From positions 736,001 through 800,000 of the forward strand of contig CBDEFO010000007.1 in the NCBI GenBank assembly GCA_965237525.1: a stretch of 64,000 bases of DNA, read 5' to 3'. The first letter of the stretch is position 1, and the number at the start of each line of letters is the position of its first letter. Shown piece by piece: positions 1 to 10,737 of this stretch. Under the pieces are notes generated by a model. It was not told the origin of the DNA. It searched no databases and worked only from the letters and a program-made list of their open reading frames with translations. The position numbers and the translations under genes are program-made. The DNA comes from Candidatus Latescibacterota bacterium (lineage in GTDB: Bacteria; Latescibacterota; CBDEFO01).

Positions 1-1
1 T

Positions 2-1126
2 GCAGCAAGTGTGCCCGCCCCTCAAGTAGGAGATGACGACGGGGTTGGGAGGCTTGAAGGGGCCTATGTACATCGTTTGCCTGAGCCAGGCCCTGCTGAG
101 AATAGGTCGTACACCGAGGAATTCGGCTTCCCTGAGTATCTGATAGGACCGACCGATGAGCTGAAGATAAAATTGGCTTTTGGGACCCAAGAGACTGAGG
201 AGACCGTTGTCGTGCGACCGGATGGGAGGATCTCCTTTGAGTTGGTTCATGATCTGGAAGTGGCGGGTTTAACTCCAAGGGAAGTGGACGATCTCCTGAC
301 AGAGTCTCTAATTGTATATCTGAAAGTTCCAAAGGTGGATGTGTTAGTGGATAAATACAACAGCAGGAGGGTGGCTCTATTAGGCGCGATACAGACTACT
401 CAGCAGGCGGGAGACAATGGACCGGGCGTCTATTCACTAACTGGGAAAAAGACCGTGTTGGATATTATCCTGGAGGCAGGCGGACCTACGGACGATGCGC
501 AGTTGGACAGTATCAAGTTGACCAGGGGGAGTAAAGAATATATCATAAATCTTAATAGGATAAAGGACGCAAGTATCACTTTGGAGGGAGGAGACCTTGT
601 ACGAGTGCCCGGATTGTCGGTGGTGGATAGGAAGGTACTAGTGATAGGAGAGGTTAGATCTCAAGGGGTGTTCAGCTTCCCAAGCGACGTGAGTGTGATG
701 GAGGCTGTTATCAGGGCCGGCGGCTTCACGAATGACGCTGTAAGGGAGGATATAAAGATTATAAGAGGAGACGCGTCTAATCCTCAGATGTTTTCTGTGG
801 ATGCGGAAAGCATATTGGAGAACGCTGATCTGGCTCAGAATATTATACTTGAAAATAACGATATTCTTTATGTTCCGAGGTCATTCATATCGGATATAAA
901 TGTTGCCATAAACAAGATAAACCCGATATTGAGCCTAATTGTGTGGCCGAGCACCTATAGGGACCTGTACACGACAGGCGGCGGCTTGAGGATAGATACG
1001 GGACCTCCGGAGACAGGCACTACCACCCTGCGGACGCTCCCAATAGGTAAGCCCACAGCGGGAGCGAAGGCTGTGGCTGACAACGAGAAAGATTCCAAGG
1101 AAAAAAAGACCTCTCAAGATGAGTAG
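2..1126 (+). CDS. wza: Polysaccharide export outer-membrane protein (Wza/Poly_export + SLBB repeats), 5'-partial
   Basis: YLIGPTDEL..VRPDGRISF..AGLTP Poly_export motif, then SLBB repeats (VIGEVRSQG, AGGFT); frame open to the window edge. Confidence 0.9.
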   Translation, partial: AASVPAPQVGDDDGVGRLEGAYVHRLPEPGPAENRSYTEEFGFPEYLIGPTDELKIKLAFGTQETEETVVVRPDGRISFELVHDLEVAGLTPREVDDLLTESLIVYLKVPKVDVLVDKYNSRRVALLGAIQTTQQAGDNGPGVYSLTGKKTVLDIILEAGGPTDDAQLDSIKLTRGSKEYIINLNRIKDASITLEGGDLVRVPGLSVVDRKVLVIGEVRSQGVFSFPSDVSVMEAVIRAGGFTNDAVREDIKIIRGDASNPQMFSVDAESILENADLAQNIILENNDILYVPRSFISDINVAINKINPILSLIVWPSTYRDLYTTGGGLRIDTGPPETGTTTLRTLPIGKPTAGAKAVADNEKDSKEKKTSQDE

Positions 1127-1149
1127 ACAGGGAAGGACAGTGGTAAAGA

Positions 1150-4100
1150 ATGGCGTCTCAATATGAATTAAGCTTAAGAGACTACTGGCGGATACTGCGC
1201 AAGCGGAGGTTTCTCATTGCCTTCACTGCGTTGATGTTGGGGATATTCACCTTTATGGTGAGTTCTTTTTCAAGACCTGTCCCTAAATATAGCGCCTCTG
1301 CAAAGATACAGATTGAAAAGGAAACTTCACCGACCAGTCAATATACCGATGCACTATCGTCGTACTACGGAGGAGGAGGTGACCTGGAGACAAGAAAAGG
1401 TGTTATAAGAAGTCAGAAAGTTTTGTCTATCGCCTCCAAAAACTTAGGCATGATAGGAAAAGACATCAGTTTGACAGAAATAGCCGATACCCCTGAATAT
1501 ATTCGCAAGATCGAAAGCCTTGAGAAGAGCGTGAGTATTGAGCAGGAAGAACTTACCGATATTATAACCATCTCAGCCGTACACATCTATCCCGATACGG
1601 CGGCAAAGATTGCAAACGCTGTCGCAGAGGCATATAGGGATTACCACTGGGATCAGGTGACGAGCCAGCCCAAGGAAGCAATAAGACGCATAAAGGAGTT
1701 GACGGACGCTGAGAAAGATAGTCTGGCACAGGCCGAGATGAATTTGAAAAGGTACAGGGAGGAAAAGAATATCATCTCTTTGGTCGCTCAGACGAGCCTT
1801 GTGCTGAGCGAGAAGTCCATAACTCGAACATCGCATACGGAGGCAGAGTCAGCTTTAAATCAGATCAATGATGTTATTAAGCAGGTAGATAAGGTGGGAA
1901 CTATATCGGAGGAGGCGCTGGAGAGCCTCCCGAAAAGATCGCTACAGGTGTTTTCATGTCTTTGGCAACAAGCCTAACTAATCTAAGCAGCGAAAGGGAA
2001 GTCTTGCTTTTAGACTATAGTGTTAGGCACCCTCAGCTTCGGGCGACAGATATTAAGATTGCTAATGTCAAGAAGGATATGGTCGAGGAGCTAAGAGGGA
2101 TGCAAAAGGCGCTGGAGGTCGAGCAGAAAAAGTTCAAGGCGAGGCTGGACGCGCTATCGGCAGAAGAAAAGAGGATCCCTCAAAGGCGACTGGAACTTGA
2201 GAGGCTTATGGCAGATGTGGAAGGTAGACGTCAGATAGTTACGGCTTTGGAGGAACAGTACCATACAGCAAGGATACAAATGGAGAGCACCGGGGCCGAA
2301 CGGGTGGTGATAATTCAACACGCATTCGCATCCAGTGTACCCATAAATCCGACTAATCCTCTGTCTATAGCTGTTGTAGGATCTGCCATAGGCATGATAT
2401 TAGGGCTCCTTTTTGCATTTATTGCTGAGACTATGGACACTTCTATAGGGACGATCGAGGACGTCGAAGAGTATGTGGGGGCTTCTGTAGTGGGGCTGAT
2501 ACCTCACATAGATATTGAAGAGGTGAAAGCGTCTCTAATGGCCAAGGGAGTGGCTGATCAAGATGAAGCGGCTATAGAGCAGAAGGCGCGATTGGTAGCG
2601 CATTTTGATCCTCAGTCTAACATAGCAGAAAGCTACAGGGCCTTAAGGACGAACATCCAGTTTTTGACTGTTGAGAAGAACGCCAAAAGTGTTTTGGTCA
2701 CAAGCTCCACCCAGCAGGAGGGTAAGACGACGACGATGGTGAATTTTGCCATGACCATGGCTCAGGTGGGGGAAAAGACGCTCCTTATAGACACCGATTT
2801 GAGAAAACCTGTGGTCAATAAAGTATTCGGGTTGGAAAGAGAACCTGGTTTGTCGGACGTGATACTGGGCAATTACGACTACAAGGACGTTGTCAGGACT
2901 GTGGCGGACATAATGACAGGGGAAATGGGCATGGAGGATATTATGATGACCCCTGGGATGGATAATCTGAACATAATCACCAGCGGAACGATTCCCCCTA
3001 ACCCCACTGAAATATTGAGCTCACAGTCTATGAAGGATTTCATAAGGGAAGTGGAGGAGGACTACGATATAGTGCTCTTTGACTGCCCCCCCATACTCCA
3101 GGCCACCGACGCAGCCATCTTGGCCCGAGAAATAGATGGGGTGATCCTGGTATATAGGGTGGGTGAGGTTCCGAGAAATTCGTTGAAGCGGGCAAAGCTT
3201 CAGTTGGATCAAGTGGATGTTCAGACGCTGGGGATTGTGCTGAACGGCGCTCGCGCGGATATAAGCTCGGACTTCTACGATATGAGGTATTACTATTCGT
3301 CGTATTACTCTTACGGCAGTGAAAATAGAGAGGAATCGAAAGCCGGACTGCTGTCCAGGCTCGTGGATAACGCCAAATCTGTATTCGGCAGCAGTAATGG
3401 TAAAGATTCAGAAAAGGGCGAACGCTCCGCCGAAAGCAAAGACAGCGAAACAGGAAAAGGCAAAGTTGCAAGATTAGGGGTCAACGTTTTCTTGTCTGCG
3501 TTTGTGGCCGTAGGGTTCATGTGGCAGATGGGTCTGATATCGCTTGGAAAGCAGATAGATAGAAAACGTACAGAAAACACAGAAATTCCAATCGAGAGAG
3601 AATTGACAGAAACACCTAAAGGAATTCGGGAGGAAAAGGTAGATGCCCCTATTGACAAAGAGTCCAAAGTAAAAGGGGCGTATCAGAGCCAAACGGGGAC
3701 TCCGAAGAGTATTCAAGCATCTTTTGAGGAAAAAGGCGTTTCAAAGGAGACGAATGCAGATCCAGAACGAGATATTGTAGGGGCGTTGGACTCCTCCCAT
3801 GAAACCGATGGGTCCCAAAGCGTCGCCACAGCAGCGCTTGCGCCCGAAGAGAAAGATCCAGTTTACTTAAAGGATATAGCAGAACGTCTACAGGGAACCG
3901 AGAATCTTCCCATGGAGACAAACCATGATAGAAAGAGACCTTTCTCCGTACATGTAGGATCGTATAAGATGCTAGAAAATATGAACCTACAGATGGAACG
4001 ACTCAGGGCAAAGGGATACGAGGTGTTTGTCGTGGGTGCAAATGTGGGCGGTGACACCTTCCACAGGATTTTGGTAGGCGGGTTCGAAAACATCGTTGGA

Positions 4101-4391
4101 GCAAAGGTACAAGCTGATCATTTGAAAATGAGGGGCCATACAGATTATGCGGAGGCTATGGATTTGCCTTACGGCGTGCAGATAGGCACCTTTGACCTGA
4201 GGGAACTTGCCCAATATGAAGCTGATGAGTTAATAAAGGATGGCTATTATCCGTATATAACGGTTGCAGATGGACTGGACAGCGCAAGTTTCAGTTTAAT
4301 GTTAGGAGCGTTTAAGACAGAAAAGGAGGCCGAAGCGTTCTCCCAAGAGATGGGAGGAAAGGGAAAGTCTAATCAGGTCATCCTAAGATAG
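1150..4391 (+). CDS. wzc: Wzc/GumC-like polysaccharide co-polymerase BY-kinase with C-terminal TM + two SPOR domains; split by a 1-nt frameshift near 1930
   Basis: N-half ELSLRDYWRILRKRR (Wzz). C-half has Walker A SSTQQEGKTT, A' LIDTDLRKP, B LFDCPP, Tyr cluster YDMRYYYSSYYSY and SPOR-like FSVHVGSY / YGVQIGTF. ORFs 1150-1977 and 1956-4391 join if one C is added at ctcccg. Confidence 0.88.
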
Positions 4392-4526
4392 GAAGATGGC
4401 CCTCCTATCGAAAAGTTCATATGCCTAATCTTTCCTGGCCACTTGTGTCATTGCTTGCCTGGCTTTTTAATCAAAGATATTAAGTAGCTTGAAAACTTGT
4501 TGGATATATTAAGTCAGTAGACAGGT

Positions 4527-4649
4527 GAGATTCCTTCAGGTTTTGGGCCTCGCAATGACAAAAGTCTTTGCACTGTCATTGCCATCCGAAGTCCAGAGCC
4601 TTGGCTCAGAGCAAAGCAAAGGCTCTGCGAAGGGTCAGTGAGCAATCTC
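4527..4649. repeat. Composite REP-like palindromic element (copy 1)
   Basis: gagatt...ctcgcaatgac / tgtcattgc...gcaatctc inverted pair with internal cagagccttggct/agcaaaggctctg hairpin. Confidence 0.7.
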
Positions 4650-4760
4650 CGTTAGGTCGCCTTTTCCTCTTAAGACGTTTACTATCTTGGATCTCTATAG
4701 TCTTGGCCAGAATATTTTCACCCGACACTCAGTTGGCGTAGATTTCAGGTCGAAAGGAAG

Positions 4761-5072
4761 GTGATTTCAATGCCATATTCGAGCCATTCAAGGCGCTCAC
4801 GCCGTTCACGCCGTAGAAGAAGTGGACGATCTAATGTAAAGAGGGAGACCAAGCTATATCTGGCTATAACACTTGCGTGCTTTTTAGCTGCCGCTTTCAT
4901 AAGTTTTGTGACAGGCGCAGCCCCCGATCTCATAAGGGGCTTTATCAGTAATTATGTCCAAAAAACGATAAGCACTGAGATCAAAAAGGCTCAGGAGGAA
5001 ATATCCTCTGGGGGTGGTATGGACGTCGATAAGATGAAAGAGATGATGGGAAAATCAAAAAGGGGAAGATAG
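4761..5072 (+). CDS. Small membrane protein with Arg/Ser-rich N-terminus
   Basis: 103-aa ORF, purine-rich RBS-like sequence upstream, SRRSRRSRRRRSGR then one hydrophobic helix. Confidence 0.6.
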   Translation: MISMPYSSHSRRSRRSRRRRSGRSNVKRETKLYLAITLACFLAAAFISFVTGAAPDLIRGFISNYVQKTISTEIKKAQEEISSGGGMDVDKMKEMMGKSKRGR

Positions 5073-5127
5073 TTAGTATTTTATTGAGTTTTGAACGTGT
5101 GGTTTTAGAACATATAAGGCGTAATAT

Positions 5128-6545
5128 ATGAACTCTCGCTATAGAAACTCAAGTGTGCTTTCCTTGGGAGGAATAGTTGTCTTAACGCTGTTACTGTCCC
5201 TGGTAGTATCGAGGGTACCATACGAAATGAGCATTGCCCTCGTTATAGGTGTCTGTGTGCTTGTCGTCAGTTTTTTGTACGCAGAGGCAGTTTTTTGTAC
5301 GCAGAGGCAGCTATTTATATCCTTATCCTTTCAATGCTCCTTTCACCTGAGTTTGGAACCAGAGAGACAAGCGGAGAGGGAGCGACTATCCGACTGGAGG
5401 ATATACTTCTGGTGGTCGTAGGTTGCAGTTGGTTAGCGAGGATGGCTGTACATAAGGATCTGGGATTCTTTTTGAAGACGGAGTTCAACCGTCCGATTCG
5501 GAACTATGCAATGGCGTGTATCCTTGCCACAGGAGCAGGGATACTCTACGGAGACGTTAAATCTCCGATCACAGGCTTCTTTTTCGTCTTGAAATACATA
5601 GAGTACTTTGTGATGTTTTTTATGGTGGTAAATCATATCGAGAGCAGAAGACAGGTCAGATCGTTTCTGATAGTGGCTTTGATAACGTGTTCTATTGTAT
5701 GTTTTGCATCTTTGGCTCAGATACCGGCGGGAGGTAGGATAACTGCGCCCTTCGAAGGAGAAGGTGGCGAGCCGAATACGCTGGGGGGCTATCTGGTGCT
5801 CATGTTGTCTCTGGTGCTAGGACTCCTTTTTAATATGGATGATCGGGATTCAAAAACGTATAAGAGGGCGCTGTTAGGACTTTCGTTTCTGTGTGCAGTT
5901 CTGATTCTATTTACACAGTCGAGAGGGTCGTGGATGGCTGTGGGGGTTATGTACGTAACGCTGACTGTCTTAAGTAAGAGGAGACTATTGCTCATCCTGG
6001 GGCTCTTGGTAGTGATCCCTCTTTCTCCAGTTATCCTGCCAAAGGCTGTTAAGGAGAGGGTGTCGTACACGTTCAAAAAGGGCGAATCTGAGCAGTGGAG
6101 GAAAATGCAAAGGGATGTAGGCGGTGTTACTCTGGATACTTCGACTTCAGATAGATTGGGGGCTTGGGAGAACGCCTTAAAGGGATTTCTGCGCCATCCG
6201 ATACTGGGATATGGGATTACAGGTTGGAGATTCTTGGACGCTCAATTTATAAAGACGCTGGTCGAAACAGGACTTGTGGGTTTCACCGCCTTCATCGCCC
6301 TCTTGGTCAAGATCCTTCAGGTGGCGTGGAGAACTTACAAACAGACCGAAGATAGAATGTACAAAGGGATATGCATGGGATTTTTTGTCGGTACGGTCGC
6401 TATGATCGCACATGGACTCTTCGCGAATACGTTTATTATAGTCAGGATCATGGAGCCTTACTGGCTCCTCGGGGGACTAGTGGTGATAATTCCCATTCTG
6501 GAGGCAAAAGCAAATGAGGCATCCCTGGAGACTGTAGCTGCTTAG
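5128..6545 (+). pseudogene. O-antigen ligase/polymerase (Wzy_C) family protein, frameshifted by a 20-bp tandem duplication
   Basis: Multi-TM; EPNTLGGYL, FTQSRGSW, HPILGYG, VETGLVG motifs; ttttttgtacgcagaggcag duplicated at 5271-5310 splits ORFs 5128-5421 and 5295-6545. Confidence 0.8.
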
Positions 6546-6578
6546 GTCAGGCCGGGACATGCTCACACATCGGAAAAT

Positions 6579-7151
6579 ATGAAGAAACAAACTCAAATTA
6601 ACGGAATTCTGTCACCACTATTGCAAAATATGAGGATAAAGAATGCGTTAGCTTTTATACGTGGAAATCGCATACTTGATGTTGGGTGTTCAGCAGGAGA
6701 AATGATTCGATATCTTCCACATGATGTCGACTACATATGAATTGAAGGAAACGCTACTTATTTCAAAAATGCACAATTATTACATCCGGATCATACTTTT
6801 GTCAATCTGTATATTGACGGTGATAACTCCGCCAATTTAGATGTACCTGAGAGAGACACAATTATTATGCTTGCGATTTTGGAACATTTAAACCACCCGA
6901 TGGAGACCTTAAGAAACTTAAGAAGCTATTTATCCAAAGAGGGAATTATTATTATCACGACCCCAAGTAACTACGCAAGATATATTCTCCAGATAGGATC
7001 AAGATTTAGAATATTTTCTAGCGAGATGGATGAGCATAAGAATCACTTTTCCCAATCGGAGCTTATATCAATCTGTAGGGATGCAGGCTCAACAATTATC
7101 TGCTATTCCAGATTTGAGCTTGGGATGAATCATTTGATTGTGATAAAATAG
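6579..7151 (+). pseudogene. Class I SAM-dependent methyltransferase with in-frame TGA
   Basis: ATG 6579 reads ...RILDVGCSAGE...VDYI*IEG... in frame with ORF 6867-7151 (ILEHL, IITTP); stop at 6738-6740. Confidence 0.75.
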
Positions 7152-7209
7152 TGATCGATTAGGACGATGTGGCGTTTTTGGAAGGACAGTTTAAGAAGCA
7201 GGACTGGAT

Positions 7210-7968
7210 ATGCTAACGCATCAGCAGAGAGAAATAGAACTCCACAGGCGGCTTGCCGGAGAATACGATGTCAGGTACGGTTTCGGGTATTCAAGGATAT
7301 TTCAGGACTATTGGAATAGAGTAATAATAGACGAATTGCCAGATGGAAAGGTAGCTTTGGATATAGGTTGTGGAACAGGGGTGCTGTTAGATGAGTTAGT
7401 AAAGAAATGCGATTTTGCAGTAGGTTTAGATATATCCATAGAAATGCTGAGGAGGGACACAAGACAGGACAAGAACTTTAAAGGAACAACAGTAGGAGAT
7501 GGCATGAGTCTTCCTTACAAGTCAGGATCTTTCGAAGCTGTGGCATGTAGAGGATCCCTTCATCACATGCCGTCCTTGACATCGGTCCTGTGTGAGATCC
7601 ATAGGGTTTTGAAGGATAAAGGAGCGTTAGTGCTATCTGAGCCGAGCAATGACTCTCTTGTAGTTAGATTAGCCAGAAAGATAATGTATAAAAGGTCGAA
7701 TAAGTTTGACGAAGCCGACGTGGCGTTTTTGGAGGGACAGTTGAAGCGTACGTTGGAAGAATGCGGTTTTAGGGTAAAAAAAGCCAAAAGATTTGGATTT
7801 ACAGCATATGCGCTGGCGGGATTCCCTGATCATCTTCCTCTTTTGAAGTATGTTCCATTCAATGAAGCGGTGACAAGATTTCTGCTCCTATGGGATAGAT
7901 TCCTCGCTGTGATTCCGCTGATTAAAAGCCAGAGTTTACACGTGATTATGTGTGCACAGAAGATTTAG
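7210..7968 (+). CDS. Class I SAM-dependent methyltransferase
   Basis: ALDIGCGTG, GLDIS, LHH..EIHRVLK motifs. Confidence 0.9.
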   Translation: MLTHQQREIELHRRLAGEYDVRYGFGYSRIFQDYWNRVIIDELPDGKVALDIGCGTGVLLDELVKKCDFAVGLDISIEMLRRDTRQDKNFKGTTVGDGMSLPYKSGSFEAVACRGSLHHMPSLTSVLCEIHRVLKDKGALVLSEPSNDSLVVRLARKIMYKRSNKFDEADVAFLEGQLKRTLEECGFRVKKAKRFGFTAYALAGFPDHLPLLKYVPFNEAVTRFLLLWDRFLAVIPLIKSQSLHVIMCAQKI

Positions 7969-7976
7969 ACAAAGTT

Positions 7977-8285
7977 ATGAACCGAAGCGAGGACATAAAC
8001 GTGAGGAACGTCAAATCATCGGTTCAGTTGGAGTGTCCACAGCGACGTGAGGATCTGTTGTGTAGAGAAATAGACGACGAAGGTGTCGTCTACGACTGGA
8101 AGGGAAATTTAGTTCACTCTCTGAACCTGACAGCGGCTTTTGTCTTTAAGTTATGCGATGGAGAACACTCTGTAGAGGATATAACAAATAAGGTTGCGTC
8201 TAACTTCGACGTGAAACGGGAAAGGGCCCAAGAAGATGTAGAAAGGGTCATTGAAGAGTTAAAGGAACTGAGGCTTTTGGAATAA
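7977..8285 (+). CDS. PqqD family (RRE) peptide-binding protein
   Basis: EGVVYD..VHSLNLTAAFVFKLCDGEHSV..VERVIEELKELRLLE PqqD pattern. Confidence 0.85.
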   Translation: MNRSEDINVRNVKSSVQLECPQRREDLLCREIDDEGVVYDWKGNLVHSLNLTAAFVFKLCDGEHSVEDITNKVASNFDVKRERAQEDVERVIEELKELRLLE

Positions 8286-8360
8286 TACGGAGAATAGTGA
8301 CTGCAAGAACGACGTATAGTTGAAAATATCCCCTGGACGTATAAGGACGGGTTTAGGTTT

Positions 8361-9189
8361 GTGAGTTTCGGGGTGCTTTTCAGGACTAACTGGGAGGATT
8401 TGAGCAGAAAGGTTAAGAGTCTCTATCGTTATTTTTATTCTGAGGATGTAGAACAAGGGGATGCGATTTACTCTGTCGATGTCCAGAGCGTAGAAGCAAC
8501 AGATCAGAAGGTCTTTACGGTCTTTGAAAGGGGAGAAGTTCTGTGTCGAACGTATGATCTGGCACGGCTTCTCCCCTTTTTAGAAAACCGAATTACAGAT
8601 ACGGCTTTACGTGGGTTGGACAATTTCTTTCAGATCCACTCGGGGGTTGTAAGCGTAGGTGGAAAGGCTTTGCTCCTTCCGGGGCCTCCGGGCAGCGGGA
8701 AGACCACTTTGGCGCTCGGACTGGTTCTTTCAGGGTTCAAGTATTTGTCTGAAGGAAGTGGCTTTAATAGACCCCAGTTCACTGGATGTGGTTCCATTTC
8801 CGAGGAGCCTGTGCTTTAAGGAAAGGTCGTTTGATGCCCTGGCACAACTGATCTCTAAAACAGGGTCCAAGGACGCCGAGTGGGGAATAGATTGTGGAGG
8901 AGTCCATTATATAGATGTGACAGACATAGCGGCGGATCCTTACGGAGAACCTGCACCTGTGGGATATGTGATCTTTCCAACGTACAACCCAAACGGTAAG
9001 TCAGTCCTCTCAAAGATAAGTCGTGCTGAAGCCGCATCCCGGATTGCCCAGATGTCGCTCAACTTCTCCTCTTACGGCAAGAGCGGGGCAGATATTGCAG
9101 TAGAAATAGCAAGAAATGCAGAGTGCTGGGCTCTTTCTGTGGGTGATCCGGAGGAGTCCGTAAGCTTAATTTCAGAGGTGATAGGTTAG
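8361..9189 (+). CDS. HPr kinase-related kinase; 1-nt frameshift near 8752
   Basis: IHSGVV..LLLPGPPGSGKTT..YLS then (E)EVALID..VVPFPRSL in the next frame; ORFs 8361-8819 and 8659-9189. Confidence 0.8.
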
Positions 9190-9252
9190 TAATTAAATGA
9201 AGAGTGTACAAAAATGCTAGATAGGATAGAAGCTATATGAAGGTATTATGTA

Positions 9253-9513
9253 ATGAATAGAAAGGCTAGTATCCTTATTCTCAACTACAGCGGCAAAGAA
9301 CTATTAGAGGAATACCTTCCTTCTGTAATAGAAGCTCTGGAGTACGATGGCAATAAGCACGAAAGCGTCGTGGTAGATAATCTCAGCACAGATGACAGTG
9401 TTGAATTTGTGGAGAGGAACTTCCATGGGGTTGCTGTCAGGAGGATGGATTCAAACTATTGGGAATTGTCAGTTGGCTTACGTATTTTACAAGAGTATTT
9501 ACCACGCAGATAA
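9253..9513 (+). pseudogene. Truncated GT2 glycosyltransferase (N-terminal fragment)
   Basis: SILILNY..VVVDNLSTDDS GT2 start; similarity ends at about residue 68. Confidence 0.7.
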
Positions 9514-9567
9514 AATGTACAGTGGGGTGATGGGAGGCGGTGCCCTGCCTACTGCCTACTCATTATT

Positions 9568-10722
9568 ATGAATATCCTTGTGATCACAAACGATTTCCCG
9601 CCTTTAAAAGGTGGTGTGGCTTCGTTTCTGCACAATCTATGTGTTCAGTTGGAAAGGAACGGTCATAGCGTTCAGGTACTCACCTTTTCGGTGACTCCGA
9701 GGGATTGGAAGGAGGACAAAAGGGCTCCCTACAGGATATATAGGCTCAGAGACCCAAGGAGGTTTTCATCTGTCATCATGATTTATAAAAGCGTGCTACA
9801 TTGTCTCAAATATCGCATCGATGTTGTGCTCATAGGACATCTTATGACGACGCACGCATTGGGGGTCCTCTTCCTAAATATGTTGCTCTTCATACCATAT
9901 GTGATTTCGATTTACGGCTTGGATCTTATGACTTTTCTATCCAAGTCGAGGCTGGATGGTTTGATATCGCGGGCTCTTTTGAGGAGGGCCTCTACGCTGA
10001 TGGCCATCAGCCAGTTCACAAAGGATGAGATATTAAAAACTGGATATGAAAGGCCCGATAGGATATGCGTGGTGTACCCCGGAGTAGATATCCAGGAGTT
10101 CAGACCAGATATTGAATCAGAAAGAATCAAACTCAGATTTGGCCTTTCAAGCAAGAGGGTGTTACTGTCTATTGGAAGGCTAGTTAGAAGGAAAAATCAT
10201 GAAACTGTATTGAGAGCGCTGCCGGGGGTTATTGAAATGCTCCCTGACACTGTCTATCTTATAGTGGGAGAAGGGCGAGAGGAGGGTCATTTAAGAAGAA
10301 TTGTAAAGGAATTAGGACTTGAAGATCATGTGATATTCACAGGGTATATAGATCAGAAGGACCTGCCGAGTTGCTACTCTGCGTGCGATTTGTTTGTTAT
10401 GCCTTCGGATATAGTGGAGGGCAGCTTTGAGGGGTTCGGCATAGTGTTTCTGGAGGCGAACGCATGCGGCAAGCCAGTAATTGGGAGCAATATAAGCGGA
10501 GTAGCTGAGGCAGTGGAAGATGGCGTGACGGGATTGTTAGTGGATCCCAAAGATTACGATGGGATAAAAGACGCGATAATAAGGCTTCTTACAGATAAGG
10601 AATATTCTCGAAAGTTGGGGGAGAACGGAAGGAAGAGAGCTTCCCAAAAGTTCACTTGGGAGAGCGCAGGCAAGAAAGTGGATGCGCTTTTGAAGGATGC
10701 ACAGTTGGAAAAGCGTGCTTAA
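9568..10722 (+). CDS. GT4 glycosyltransferase (PimA/PimB-like)
   Basis: ITNDFPPLKGG, GRLVRRKN, EGFGIVFLEANACGKPV. Confidence 0.92.
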   Translation: MNILVITNDFPPLKGGVASFLHNLCVQLERNGHSVQVLTFSVTPRDWKEDKRAPYRIYRLRDPRRFSSVIMIYKSVLHCLKYRIDVVLIGHLMTTHALGVLFLNMLLFIPYVISIYGLDLMTFLSKSRLDGLISRALLRRASTLMAISQFTKDEILKTGYERPDRICVVYPGVDIQEFRPDIESERIKLRFGLSSKRVLLSIGRLVRRKNHETVLRALPGVIEMLPDTVYLIVGEGREEGHLRRIVKELGLEDHVIFTGYIDQKDLPSCYSACDLFVMPSDIVEGSFEGFGIVFLEANACGKPVIGSNISGVAEAVEDGVTGLLVDPKDYDGIKDAIIRLLTDKEYSRKLGENGRKRASQKFTWESAGKKVDALLKDAQLEKRA

Positions 10723-10737
10723 ATGGGTTAAGAACAG

